Counted from the stretch's first letter, positions 40,619 through 49,639 are shown. The stretch is 64,000 bases of DNA from Spirochaetia bacterium (GCA_965203905.1 CBDBDQ010000005.1:5152001-5216000); one strand, 5' to 3'. A program made the numbers and translations. The notes: generated from the sequence alone by a model not told the origin.

Positions 40619-42181
40619 ATGCAAGGGGAATTCGATCCGCGGCGCCGCGAGCTGGCCGCCGACCCGCACCGTCCGGCGTACCACTACCTGGCGCCGGCGA
40701 ACTGGATGAACGACCCGAACGGCACGCTGTTCTGGCGCGGCCGCTACCACCTGTTCTACCAGTACAACCCGTACGGCGCGTACCACGGCGGCGACAGCGG
40801 CACCATGCACTGGGGCCACGCGGTGAGCGAGGACCTGGTGCACTGGCGCGACCTGCCGATCGCGCTGGCCCCGGAGCCCGGCTCCCCGGATCGGGACGGC
40901 TGCTACAGCGGCGCCGCGTTCATCGACCGCGGCGGCGTGCCCACGGCCATCTACCACGGCGTGGCGCCGGGCCGGGAGGGGGGGATCTGCCTCGCCAGCA
41001 GCGACGACGAGCTGCTGGAGCGCTGGAGCAAGCATCCCGCCAACCCGGTGATCCCCAACCCGACCGCCGCGGACGAGTACCAGGTGGCCGGTGCGCCCTG
41101 CGCCTGGGTGGAGGGCGATACCTACTACGCGATCACCGGCGGCACCACGCCGCCGCGGGTACGGCCGCCGATCACCCCGGGCGACTACCTGGGAAGGGCC
41201 GACAGCCGCGATGTGGTGTACCTGTTCCGGTCTCGCGACCTGGAGCACTGGGAGTACCTGCACCCGTTCTACGAGGGCGGCCGCTTCACCGAGGGGGGCG
41301 AGGACATCGGCTGCCCCGACTTCTTCCCGCTCGGCGACCGCCACGTGCTGCTGTTCACCAGCCACCTGCGCGGCGCGCAGTACTACGTGGGCCGCTACGC
41401 CGACCGGCGCTTCGTGGCGCAGCGCCACAAGCGCTTCACGATGGCCGAGACCGAGCGGCTCGGGGTGTTCGCCGAGGGCCTCACCCTGCGCGACGACCGC
41501 GGCCGGCGGATCCTGTTCGGGCGCGTGCACGAGGGGGTGTATGGCCACGTGCAGCGCGCCTGGGGCTGGGCCGGGGTCATCACCCTGCCGATGGAAATGA
41601 CCCTGTCGGACGAGGGCCGGGTGCAGGTGGCTCCGGTGCCCGAGCTGGAGACCCTGCGCGGCGAGCACCGGGAGGTGGCGGACCTCGACATCGCCGCCGG
41701 TGCGGACCTGCCGCTGGAGACGGTGGAGGGCGACCGGCTGGAGTTGGCGCTGAGCTTCCAATGGCAGGACGCCGAGGAGTTCGGCCTCAAGGTGCGCTGC
41801 TCGCCGGATGGGCGCGAGCAGACCCTGATCCGGGTGCGGGCCACCGACTGGGTCGGCCTGCGCGACCCGCAGCAGCCGCGCCGGCGCCGGGCGGAGCTGA
41901 TCGTGGACACCAGCCGCTCCAGCGTCGGCCCGGAGGTGGCCGATCGCGGGTCGCAGCGCTGTCCCCTGGAGGTGGGCGACGACGGCAGGGTGGAGCTGCG
42001 CGTGTTCGTGGACCGCAGCATGGTCGAGGTGTTCGCGGGCGGCGAGCACTACCTGGTGAAGCGCGTCTACCCCGCCAGCCGCGAGGCCACGGGGGTGCAG
42101 TTCTTCGCCCGCGGCGGCGGCGCCCGGCTGCTGCGCCTCGACGCCTGGGAGATGCGGCCGATCTGGCCCCTGGAGGAGTGA
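40619..42181 (+). CDS. Glycoside hydrolase family 32 protein with non-canonical catalytic motifs
   Basis: WMNDPNG, YHLFYQYNP, HWGHAVS.DLVHW, GCYSG, C-terminal LRVFVDRSMVEVF. Confidence 0.9.
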   Translation: MQGEFDPRRRELAADPHRPAYHYLAPANWMNDPNGTLFWRGRYHLFYQYNPYGAYHGGDSGTMHWGHAVSEDLVHWRDLPIALAPEPGSPDRDGCYSGAAFIDRGGVPTAIYHGVAPGREGGICLASSDDELLERWSKHPANPVIPNPTAADEYQVAGAPCAWVEGDTYYAITGGTTPPRVRPPITPGDYLGRADSRDVVYLFRSRDLEHWEYLHPFYEGGRFTEGGEDIGCPDFFPLGDRHVLLFTSHLRGAQYYVGRYADRRFVAQRHKRFTMAETERLGVFAEGLTLRDDRGRRILFGRVHEGVYGHVQRAWGWAGVITLPMEMTLSDEGRVQVAPVPELETLRGEHREVADLDIAAGADLPLETVEGDRLELALSFQWQDAEEFGLKVRCSPDGREQTLIRVRATDWVGLRDPQQPRRRRAELIVDTSRSSVGPEVADRGSQRCPLEVGDDGRVELRVFVDRSMVEVFAGGEHYLVKRVYPASREATGVQFFARGGGARLLRLDAWEMRPIWPLEE

Positions 42182-42182
42182 A

Positions 42183-43298
42183 GTGAGCTATACCCACCGC
42201 GAGCGGGTGCTGGCCGCGTTCCGTCACGAGCAGCCCGATCGCGTGCCGATGGACCTGATGGGCAACGCATCGATGCTGCTCGACGAGCCCTACCTGCTGC
42301 TGCGCGATCACCTGGGGCTGACGCCGATTCCGCCGGTGCGCGCCGGGCAACCGGCGAGCTACTACGACGAGCGCATCCTGGAGCACTTCGACATCGACTT
42401 CCGGCGCGTGTTTCTGCCGGTGCATCCGGAGGTGGACGTGGTGCACCACGCCGACGGTTCGTTCACCGATCCGTGGAAGATCCGCTACATCCGCGAGGGG
42501 CCATTCGTGAACTCGGTGGAGAACCCGCTGGCCGGCATCACCACGCTGGCGGAGCTGCAGGAGTACCGCTGGCCGCAGCCGCAGGAGATGTTCGCCACCG
42601 CCGGGCTGCGCGACACCGCGAAGCGGCTCTGCGAGGAGACCGACTACGCCATCGTGGCGCGCAACCCGCTGACGCAGGGGTTCCTCGACCGCGCCTGCTA
42701 CCTGATGGGAATGGGCGACTTCTTCGTCACCATCCGGCTCTACCCGGACCTGGCGCAGGCGATCTTCGACGGCATCCTGGAGGTGTACCGGGGGGTGTAC
42801 GAGATGTTCCTGGATGAGGTGGGACCCTACGTGCAGATGGTGGAGACCGCCGACGACCTGGGGACCTCGGGCAGCCTGATGGTGTCGCCCAAGATGTACC
42901 GCCAGCACATCAAGCCGGCGGAGGCGGTGCTGTGCGCGGCGATCCGCGAGCGGGCGCCGGACGCCTTCATCTTCCGCCACTGCGACGGCTCGGTGGCGCC
43001 GCTGCTGGATGACTTCATCGAGACCGGCACCGACGTCCTCAACCCGGTGCAGACCTCGCTGCCGGGGATGGACGCAGCCGAGCTCAAGCAGCAGTTCGGC
43101 GAACGCCTGGTTTTCCACGGCGGCGTGGAGGGCTACGAAGGACCACGCGATACCGTGGTAGAGGAGGTGCGCCGGCTGATCGACGCCTTCGCCCCCGGCG
43201 GCGGCTACGTGTTCGCCTCCTGCAACCACATCATCGAGGCGCCGCCGAAGAACGTGGTGGCCATGTTCGAGACCGCGCGCGACTACTCGGCGCGCTGA
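42183..43298 (+). CDS. URO-D / MtaA-CmuA methyltransferase superfamily protein
   Basis: RERVLAAF.HEQPDRVP, DDLG, RHCDGS (HxxG/C), LNPVQ, GGGYVFASCNH. Confidence 0.88.
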   Translation: MSYTHRERVLAAFRHEQPDRVPMDLMGNASMLLDEPYLLLRDHLGLTPIPPVRAGQPASYYDERILEHFDIDFRRVFLPVHPEVDVVHHADGSFTDPWKIRYIREGPFVNSVENPLAGITTLAELQEYRWPQPQEMFATAGLRDTAKRLCEETDYAIVARNPLTQGFLDRACYLMGMGDFFVTIRLYPDLAQAIFDGILEVYRGVYEMFLDEVGPYVQMVETADDLGTSGSLMVSPKMYRQHIKPAEAVLCAAIRERAPDAFIFRHCDGSVAPLLDDFIETGTDVLNPVQTSLPGMDAAELKQQFGERLVFHGGVEGYEGPRDTVVEEVRRLIDAFAPGGGYVFASCNHIIEAPPKNVVAMFETARDYSAR

Positions 43299-43314
43299 TG
43301 CGGGGCACCTCCCC

Positions 43315-44298
43315 ATGAAGGTGCTCGGCTTCGGGGCGGTGCTGTGGGACGACATCGCCGATCCCGCGGCCCCCCCGGCCGACGCGGTCGCCGGCGAGGC
43401 CAACATCGGCGGCGCGGTGTTCAACGTGGTGGTGCACCTGCAGCGGCTGGGCTATGCGGCCTACATGCTGAGCGCCATCGGCCGCGACCCGCTCGGCGAG
43501 CGCACCTGGCGCGAGCTCGACCGCCTCGGCATCCGGCGCGACTTCATCGCCAGCGTCGCCGCGCCAACCTGCCTCATCGAGGTCACCTTCGACCGTGAAG
43601 GCCAGCCTCACTACAGCAGCCCGGACGTGGTGTCATGGGACCGCATCGAGGCGCCGGCCAACCTGGTCGCCGAGGTGGACGCCGCGGCCTTCGACGTGCT
43701 GGTGTTCGGCACCCTGGAACAGCGCAGCAGCACCTCCCGGGCGACCCTGCGGCGGGTGCTGGAGGGCGCCCGCTTCGAAAAAGTGTTCCTGGACCTGACG
43801 CTGCGCGGCGACTTCTACGACCGCGACCTGCTCGACTATTCCATGCGCCGGGCGGACATCATCAAGATGAACGACGACGAGGCGCGGGTGGTGAACGAGC
43901 TGTTCGGCTTCGGCCGGCCCGACCTGCGGGAACTGCTGCCGCTGATCGCCCGCGAGTTCGACGGCGACCTGGTGTGCATCACCCTGGGCGCCGACGGTAC
44001 GCTCGCGGGCGACCGCTCGCACGTGCTCCACGCCCCGGGTTACCGCGTCGCGGTGGTGGACACGGTGGGTTGCGGCGATGCCTTCAGCGCCGGCCTGCTC
44101 TACCGCCTCGGCACCGGCGGCTCGCTCGCCGAGGCCTGCGACTTCGGCAACCGCATGGGAGCCTTGATCTCGGCCAGGCGCCAGCTCGATCCCGGATTAC
44201 GATCTCGCCGAGCTCGACCGCCTGAGCCACTGAGGACGGCGCCGGCGCACGCGCCAGCCGAAGAGCACCCGTCGATAAATGCATTCGTGATACGGTAA
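43315..44298 (+). CDS. PfkB-family carbohydrate kinase (fructokinase-like); possible frameshift near the C-terminus
   Basis: GAVLWD, GGAVFNV, KMNDDE, TLGADG, DTVGCGDAF signature. Confidence 0.9.
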   Translation: MKVLGFGAVLWDDIADPAAPPADAVAGEANIGGAVFNVVVHLQRLGYAAYMLSAIGRDPLGERTWRELDRLGIRRDFIASVAAPTCLIEVTFDREGQPHYSSPDVVSWDRIEAPANLVAEVDAAAFDVLVFGTLEQRSSTSRATLRRVLEGARFEKVFLDLTLRGDFYDRDLLDYSMRRADIIKMNDDEARVVNELFGFGRPDLRELLPLIAREFDGDLVCITLGADGTLAGDRSHVLHAPGYRVAVVDTVGCGDAFSAGLLYRLGTGGSLAEACDFGNRMGALISARRQLDPGLRSRRARPPEPLRTAPAHAPAEEHPSINAFVIR

Positions 44299-44306
44299 CG
44301 CTGTCT

Positions 44307-45347
44307 ATGGCGATGTGGGTCGGGCTGGCCCTGGTCTCGGCGCTGCTGTTCGGGGCGTCGACGCCGCTGAGCAAGCTGCTGCTGGAGCAGGTGAGTCCCT
44401 TCCAGTTGGCGGGACTGCTCTACCTGGGTGGGGCGTTGGGGGTGAGTCCGTTCGCGGTGCGCAAGCGGGTGCTGCGGCGAGTCGTGCGCCTGGACCGCGC
44501 CAACCAGGTGCGGCTGGCCGGCGCCGTGGTGCTGGGGGGCATGGCGGGTCCGGTGCTGCTGCTGCTGGGGTTGCGCCTGGCCGCGGCGGCATCGGTATCG
44601 CTGTGGCTCAACCTGGAGCTGGTCGCCACCGCGATCCTTGGCGTGGTGCTGTTCCGCGACCAGTTGAGCGGCCGCGCCTGGGTGGGAGCGGGGCTGGTGG
44701 TGGCCGCGGCGCTGCTGCTGTCCTGGGAGGAGCAGTCCGCCGGGTTCCTGCCCGGACTGCTGGTGGCGCTGGCCTGCGTCTGCTGGGGCTTCGACAATCA
44801 TTTCACCTCCTTGATCGACGGCTTGACGCCGCAGGAGACCACGCTGTGGAAGGGCCTGGTCGCCGGCGCCACCAACCTCGCCATCGGGCTGGGCGTCTCG
44901 CCCTGGATCGCCACCACGGGCACCGCGGCGGCGGCGCTGGGGCTGGGCGCGCTCGCCTACGGCGCCAGCATCGTGCTGTACATCGCCGCGGCGCAGAACA
45001 TCGGCGCCACCAGGGGGCAGCTCATGTTCTCCGCCGCGCCGTTCTTCGGCGTGCTGCTCGCCGTGGTGGTGCTGGGCGAGCCGTTCGGCACGCTCCAGAT
45101 CGCCGCTACCGCGGTCCTGGTGCTGGGCCTGCTGGTGCTGATGCGCGAAGGCCACGCCCACCGCCACCGCCACCCGGCCCAGGAGCACGAGCACTGGCAC
45201 CGCCACAACGACGGCCACCACCTACACCAGCATGCCGGGCTGCCGGCCTGGGCCGGCCACGTGCACCCGCACCGCCACGAGGCGGTGGAACACGAGCACC
45301 CCCACGTACCCGACGTGCACCACCGCCACAAGCACGACGACCCGTAG
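44307..45347 (+). CDS. DMT/EamA-family transporter with His-rich C-terminal tail
   Basis: LFGASTPLSKLLL, AGLLYLG, about 10 hydrophobic segments, tail HAHRHRH...HPHVPDVHHRHKH. Confidence 0.9.
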   Translation: MAMWVGLALVSALLFGASTPLSKLLLEQVSPFQLAGLLYLGGALGVSPFAVRKRVLRRVVRLDRANQVRLAGAVVLGGMAGPVLLLLGLRLAAAASVSLWLNLELVATAILGVVLFRDQLSGRAWVGAGLVVAAALLLSWEEQSAGFLPGLLVALACVCWGFDNHFTSLIDGLTPQETTLWKGLVAGATNLAIGLGVSPWIATTGTAAAALGLGALAYGASIVLYIAAAQNIGATRGQLMFSAAPFFGVLLAVVVLGEPFGTLQIAATAVLVLGLLVLMREGHAHRHRHPAQEHEHWHRHNDGHHLHQHAGLPAWAGHVHPHRHEAVEHEHPHVPDVHHRHKHDDP

Positions 45348-45377
45348 CGGCTCCGTTACGGCAAAGTACGTACGGCG

Positions 45378-46034
45378 TCAGTTGGTCGGATATCCCGTAG
45401 GACGCGGAGACGTCGAACGCAGCCCGTCAATATGCTCGTGCAGTGCATCCCCGATCCGAGACCACATCGGATCCAAAACAAAGTCGATTCCCTCACGTCG
45501 AGCCAGCTTGGCAGCCGGAACAAAGTCACCGTCGCCAGAAACCAAGACGATTTGGTCAACCATCCTTTTCAGCGCGAGAGACGTGATATCGATTCCGATT
45601 TTCATATCAACCCCTTTCTGGTTGATGTCGAACTCGACGTCCGTCGGTGTCAGGTCGCTATGGGAAATGCTACCTCTTAGCAATTTCTTTGTAGCAAATG
45701 GTTTAATTACCCACTTGTATCCGGTGAGGTAGCCAAGGCGTAGCGCAACCTTGCGCTTACGCTTGAGCTGTTCATGAAATTCTACTCGGAACGCTGCCCC
45801 AGGGAGTTTCGAAAAGTCCACCGATTGGCCACTTATAGGATGGTGCGATTTCTTCATCAACGGAGGGCAGTCGTAGACCAGTATGCGGTATAGGTCGGCA
45901 TCGTCTACGTGGTACATCGCCATCCTGTACAACGTATCAGCCACAACAACGGATGATTTGTAATCGTGATCCGGATAGACGTGACGGAAGCGCTTCAGAA
46001 AGAAAGCGCCATCAATGAGAATAGCAGTAGACAT
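45378..46034 (-). CDS. NYN-domain (LabA/DUF88, PIN-like) putative ribonuclease
   Basis: LIDGAF, QKGVDMKIGIDI, SGDGDFVPA, LHEHID acidic catalytic motifs; low GC; AGGAGA RBS. Confidence 0.9.
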   Translation of the reverse strand: MSTAILIDGAFFLKRFRHVYPDHDYKSSVVVADTLYRMAMYHVDDADLYRILVYDCPPLMKKSHHPISGQSVDFSKLPGAAFRVEFHEQLKRKRKVALRLGYLTGYKWVIKPFATKKLLRGSISHSDLTPTDVEFDINQKGVDMKIGIDITSLALKRMVDQIVLVSGDGDFVPAAKLARREGIDFVLDPMWSRIGDALHEHIDGLRSTSPRPTGYPTN

Positions 46035-46053
46035 GATCCAATCTCCTATTAAT

Positions 46054-46124
46054 CAAAAAGCCTTTGGGATCGGCTTTCTCACCCCAACATTCGGAGAAAG
46101 CGTACTGCCAAAGGCTACAAACTA
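46054..46124 (-). ncRNA. Putative structured leader/sRNA ending in an intrinsic terminator, upstream of the NYN gene
   Basis: Stems AGCCTTTGG/CCAAAGGCT (46059-46067 with 46108-46116) and GCTTTCTC/GAGAAAGC (46073-46080 with 46094-46101), followed by a U tract on the coding strand. Confidence 0.65.
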
Positions 46125-46129
46125 CACCT

Positions 46130-46158
46130 AACGTAGCAGTGACGACGGGGAATGTCAA
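46130..46158 (-). promoter_or_regulatory. Sigma70 promoter for the leader RNA and NYN gene
   Basis: TTGACA-N17-TACGTT with extended -10 TGn. Confidence 0.7.
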
Positions 46159-46296
46159 CATAGCCGTCGGATTGGTCGGAACCGGCCCGTGCCGAACCGC
46201 CGGCACAACGTGCCAGGGCAGTCCGTGCTGGTGCGCACCACGGGACGGCATCTGCCGCCGCCGGCGAGCGGTGACGCAAGGCGTGCCCTGAGGCGG

Positions 46297-47160
46297 TTAG
46301 CGCAGGCCGCAGACCCAGTTGGTGGGGATCGGTTCGGCGGCGCCGTCGTAGCTGATCTCGAACGGGCGCAGCAGCGCGGTGAGCTCGGGCGCGGCGTGCG
46401 GGGAGAACTGGAAGCCGCGCTCCACCGCCGCCACCGAGGCGCGGGTCCGCTCCGGGAGCTCCGGGAACGCCGGGTAGTACCACATGGTGAGGCAGGTGCG
46501 TCGCGTGTCGCTGTCGTTGCCGTGGGCGGCGTGAAACAGGCTGCCGTACCCGGCCACGAAGTCGCCGGCGCGCAACGGCACGTCCACCTCGTCGTCGTAG
46601 TGCGCGAACGCCGGGTTGTGCTGGGGATCCAGATACTTCCGGTTCTCGTCGGTGTGCGTCTCCGGCACCAGGTCGTGCAGCGCGTGGCGTTTCAGGTGGG
46701 AGCCCGGAATCACGCGCAGGCAGCCGTTCTCCGGGGTAGTGTCGGTCAGGTAGAACATCAGGAACGCCTGGATCGGGACCGGCGTGTAGCTCACCGGGTC
46801 GTCCCAGAAGCGGCCGTCCTCGTGCCAGAACAGGGGCGGGCTGTGCGGCGGCTTGCTGATCACCCGCCCGTGGCCGAACTTGGGGTCGTGAAACCCGAGC
46901 CGCGCCAGCGCCTGCAGGATCGGCGGGTAGGCGATGAACTCCGCGAACACCGGGAAGCGCTCGATGAACGTCCCGTTCACCAGGATCATGCTGCCGGTGG
47001 CCACCTGCTCGGCGAAGTGCTGCCCGTCCTGTTCCGCCAGGCTGGCGTCGCTGGCGGCCCGCAGGCGCTCCAGGAGCCCCTCGTCCAGCACGTTGCGGAA
47101 GATGTAGAACCCGTCACGGTCGAACTGAGCACGTTCCGCGCTCACGGTCTGCGTCGCCAT
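46297..47160 (-). CDS. PhyH-family dioxygenase
   Basis: FDRDGFYIFRNV, WHED, ENGCLRVIPGSH, LFHAAH. Start moved to ATG 47160. Confidence 0.88.
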   Translation of the reverse strand: MATQTVSAERAQFDRDGFYIFRNVLDEGLLERLRAASDASLAEQDGQHFAEQVATGSMILVNGTFIERFPVFAEFIAYPPILQALARLGFHDPKFGHGRVISKPPHSPPLFWHEDGRFWDDPVSYTPVPIQAFLMFYLTDTTPENGCLRVIPGSHLKRHALHDLVPETHTDENRKYLDPQHNPAFAHYDDEVDVPLRAGDFVAGYGSLFHAAHGNDSDTRRTCLTMWYYPAFPELPERTRASVAAVERGFQFSPHAAPELTALLRPFEISYDGAAEPIPTNWVCGLR

Positions 47161-47266
47161 GACCCCATCATGCCGTCCACGCAACATCGCGGCAACAACG
47201 CCAACAACGCCCTTAAGCCAGCGCGTTCACGCGGGACTCGTCGTGCTCTCCGGCGCGCTCGAACCG

Positions 47267-47438
47267 CTACATTCCCCACACGGCGATCGGTACGCCGGCG
47301 GCGGTCTCCGTGCGGCAGTAGACCTTGTCGTTCCATGGCTTGCCGTCCGTGCGGCCTGCAGCAGCAACTGGGGATCGGCCTCGCGGTACCGGAATCGCTC
47401 GACCCAGTGTTCGGAGTGCTCGCGGAAGAACCGCTGGG
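47267..47438 (-). pseudogene. Second collapsed relic of the AAA/PD-(D/E)XK-like family
   Basis: QRFFREHSEHWVERFRYREADPQLLLQA fused out of frame to RTDGKPWNDKVYCRTETAAGVPIAVWGM*. Confidence 0.75.
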
Positions 47439-47497
47439 AGAGGGGCCCTCGCCGGGCGCACGCCTGGCGAGGGCTGGTTTGGTCTTGGATGCGACGG

Positions 47498-49522
47498 CTA
47501 TTCGCTCAGGAACCAAGTCTCCGGCTTGACGTCGCGGAAGTACTGGACGTCGTCCCCGTAGAAGCGCACGTCACGCGGGAAGTTGCGCAGCTTGTTGCTG
47601 ACGATGATCGGCCGCGGGATGAATCCGACGGTGCCGATCACCATCACGTTCTCGGAGATGAAGTCGAATACCTCTACGGCAAGGCGATCGCGCTCGGCTT
47701 CGTCGGTCTCGGCGAACCAGCGGCTGGCCGTTTCGTAGAGTTTCTTGTACTTCTCCGGCGGCTCCTCGCCCCTCTCGCCGCCCGACAGATGCCAGTCGGT
47801 CCACAGGATCTGGCGCAGCCGGCCGCCCCAGAGGAAGGCATTTACCGGATTGTACCCCTTGCGTACGTTGGTCATCCTGAGCATGTTCACCACGACATCG
47901 TGCTTGTTGCCCTGGACCGGCGACTCGTACAGGTCCCAGTCGGTGGCGCGCCAGTCCACCTTGACCCCCACATCTCGCCAGTACTCCACCACCAACTCGT
48001 TGATATCCACCACGCTCTGCCATTCGGCAGGCGCATTGAATACCAGCTCCAGGGTTTCTCCGTCCGGGCGGACCCGGAACTTGCCATCCTGATCGTACTT
48101 CAGACCCATCTCGTCGAGAAGCTGCTTGGCGCGCTCCGGATCGTACTCGGCGAAGTGGCTCGCCCATTCGTCCTTGTAGAAGGTGTTTTCCGGGTTCATG
48201 GCCGCCTGGCGTGGCGTCGCCATGCCGAAGAATACGACCTCGTTGATCTCGTCTCGGTTGATCGCCAGCGACATGGCCTGGCGGAAGCGGACGTCCTGGA
48301 AAACCTCGCGCAAGACGGGATCCTCGCTGTTCATGTTGAAGGCGTATACCGCCTCCCCGCCCGCGGCGTGCGGCCATAGCAGCACTTCGTAGTCGCCTTT
48401 CTCGGCATTCTCCTTGTAGAGCGGAAGGTTGTTGGCCGTGGTGGTCAGCCCGACGATGGTCATGTCGCCGGAGATGGCCATCAGGTTGTAGGCCTCCTGG
48501 TCGGCGACCGTGTCGACCCGCAGCCGGTCGAGGTAGGGGAGCTGGTTGCCGGCCGGGTCGATCGCCCAGTGGTAGGGATTGCGCACGTACGTCGTGTGCA
48601 GGGTGCCGATGTCGGCGTAGATCCAGGATTGCAGCGCCGGCGCATCCGCGTCCCTCACGCGGAAGTCGGAGTTCGACGTACTGTGAGAATTGAAGGCCTG
48701 CACCCAGGACTCGAACCCCTCCTCCTTGGCAAGCTTCTCGGCGTCCGAGTTGTACTTCGGGTGCCACTTCGACATGTAGTGCTTCGGATACATGCGCGGA
48801 TACCATCCGCCCCACCATTCATACCAGCCTATGAGCGTGGGAAACGGCTCGGCGTAATGGATGCGCACCGTGTAGTCGTCGACCCGCTCGCCGCGTGCTA
48901 TCGGTCCCCAGTTGAGTTTGACCCAGCTATCCGGGAAGTCCGGGGTCAGGTGCCAGTCCTCGAGCCAGAACATGACATCATCGGCCGTGTATGGCGCGCC
49001 GTCGGACCACTTCAACCCCTTGCGCAGGTGCATGGTGAGGACCGTCTGGTCGGCCGAGAACTCGAATCCCTTGTGGATGAAGGGCACGACCAGGTGGGGA
49101 GCCCCGGGTCCACGGTTGGCGGTCTGTATCGTCCCGACCAGTCCACGCAGGGGCGTGATTTCGGTGTACGCGGTGCCGACAGCCGGAGTGATCAGTGTGC
49201 CGCCGTACTGGCCGATCCCTTCGAGGACGTTGAGGACCAGCGGCTCCTCGGGCAAGCGCTCTTCGACCGGGGGCAGCTCTCCCGCCGCCACCTGCGCCGC
49301 CAGCATCGGCGCCTCGCCGAACTGGGAGATCTGGTTACCGGTGTCCTGCTCGTAGTCGGCCAGGGTATCCCACTGCCACACCTCCGACGGCGGCAGGTCC
49401 ATCATCGCTGCCGCACCCTCCCCGGTCTGATCTTCCGTCTCGTCAGCGCCGGTCGCGAACGCCAGGGTTCCCGCCAGTGTGACGCCGGTCGCCACAGCCA
49501 TGAGTCGTAACACTTCTCGCAC
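47498..49522 (-). CDS. Family-5 (peptide/nickel-type) ABC substrate-binding protein
   Basis: GEAPMLA, LPPVEERLP, LRKGLKWSDG, GNQLPY, RFRQAMSLAINR. Start moved to GTG 49522 after GAGGAGG. Confidence 0.92.
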   Translation of the reverse strand: MREVLRLMAVATGVTLAGTLAFATGADETEDQTGEGAAAMMDLPPSEVWQWDTLADYEQDTGNQISQFGEAPMLAAQVAAGELPPVEERLPEEPLVLNVLEGIGQYGGTLITPAVGTAYTEITPLRGLVGTIQTANRGPGAPHLVVPFIHKGFEFSADQTVLTMHLRKGLKWSDGAPYTADDVMFWLEDWHLTPDFPDSWVKLNWGPIARGERVDDYTVRIHYAEPFPTLIGWYEWWGGWYPRMYPKHYMSKWHPKYNSDAEKLAKEEGFESWVQAFNSHSTSNSDFRVRDADAPALQSWIYADIGTLHTTYVRNPYHWAIDPAGNQLPYLDRLRVDTVADQEAYNLMAISGDMTIVGLTTTANNLPLYKENAEKGDYEVLLWPHAAGGEAVYAFNMNSEDPVLREVFQDVRFRQAMSLAINRDEINEVVFFGMATPRQAAMNPENTFYKDEWASHFAEYDPERAKQLLDEMGLKYDQDGKFRVRPDGETLELVFNAPAEWQSVVDINELVVEYWRDVGVKVDWRATDWDLYESPVQGNKHDVVVNMLRMTNVRKGYNPVNAFLWGGRLRQILWTDWHLSGGERGEEPPEKYKKLYETASRWFAETDEAERDRLAVEVFDFISENVMVIGTVGFIPRPIIVSNKLRNFPRDVRFYGDDVQYFRDVKPETWFLSE

Positions 49523-49589
49523 AATTGCCTCCTCTCCGAAGCGACAATCCTGAACGACAGGCTCGTGTTGTGAAGCATCGGTTTGGTCG

Positions 49590-49639
49590 TGCCTGGTCCG
49601 AAACTGGTTCATGTTACGGCTCCGGTGCGATCTGTCAAC
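49590..49639 (-). promoter_or_regulatory. Promoter/operator module, copy 1
   Basis: TTGACA-N16-TAACAT; 42/50 identical to 51961-52010. Confidence 0.65.

Noticed and set aside
39014-42049. 1011-aa minus-strand ORF and similar long antisense ORFs (14554-16638, 29546-31999, 52017-54596, 56112-58055)
   Set aside because: Shadow ORFs opposite clear genes, expected from high-GC codon bias; no recognisable motifs.
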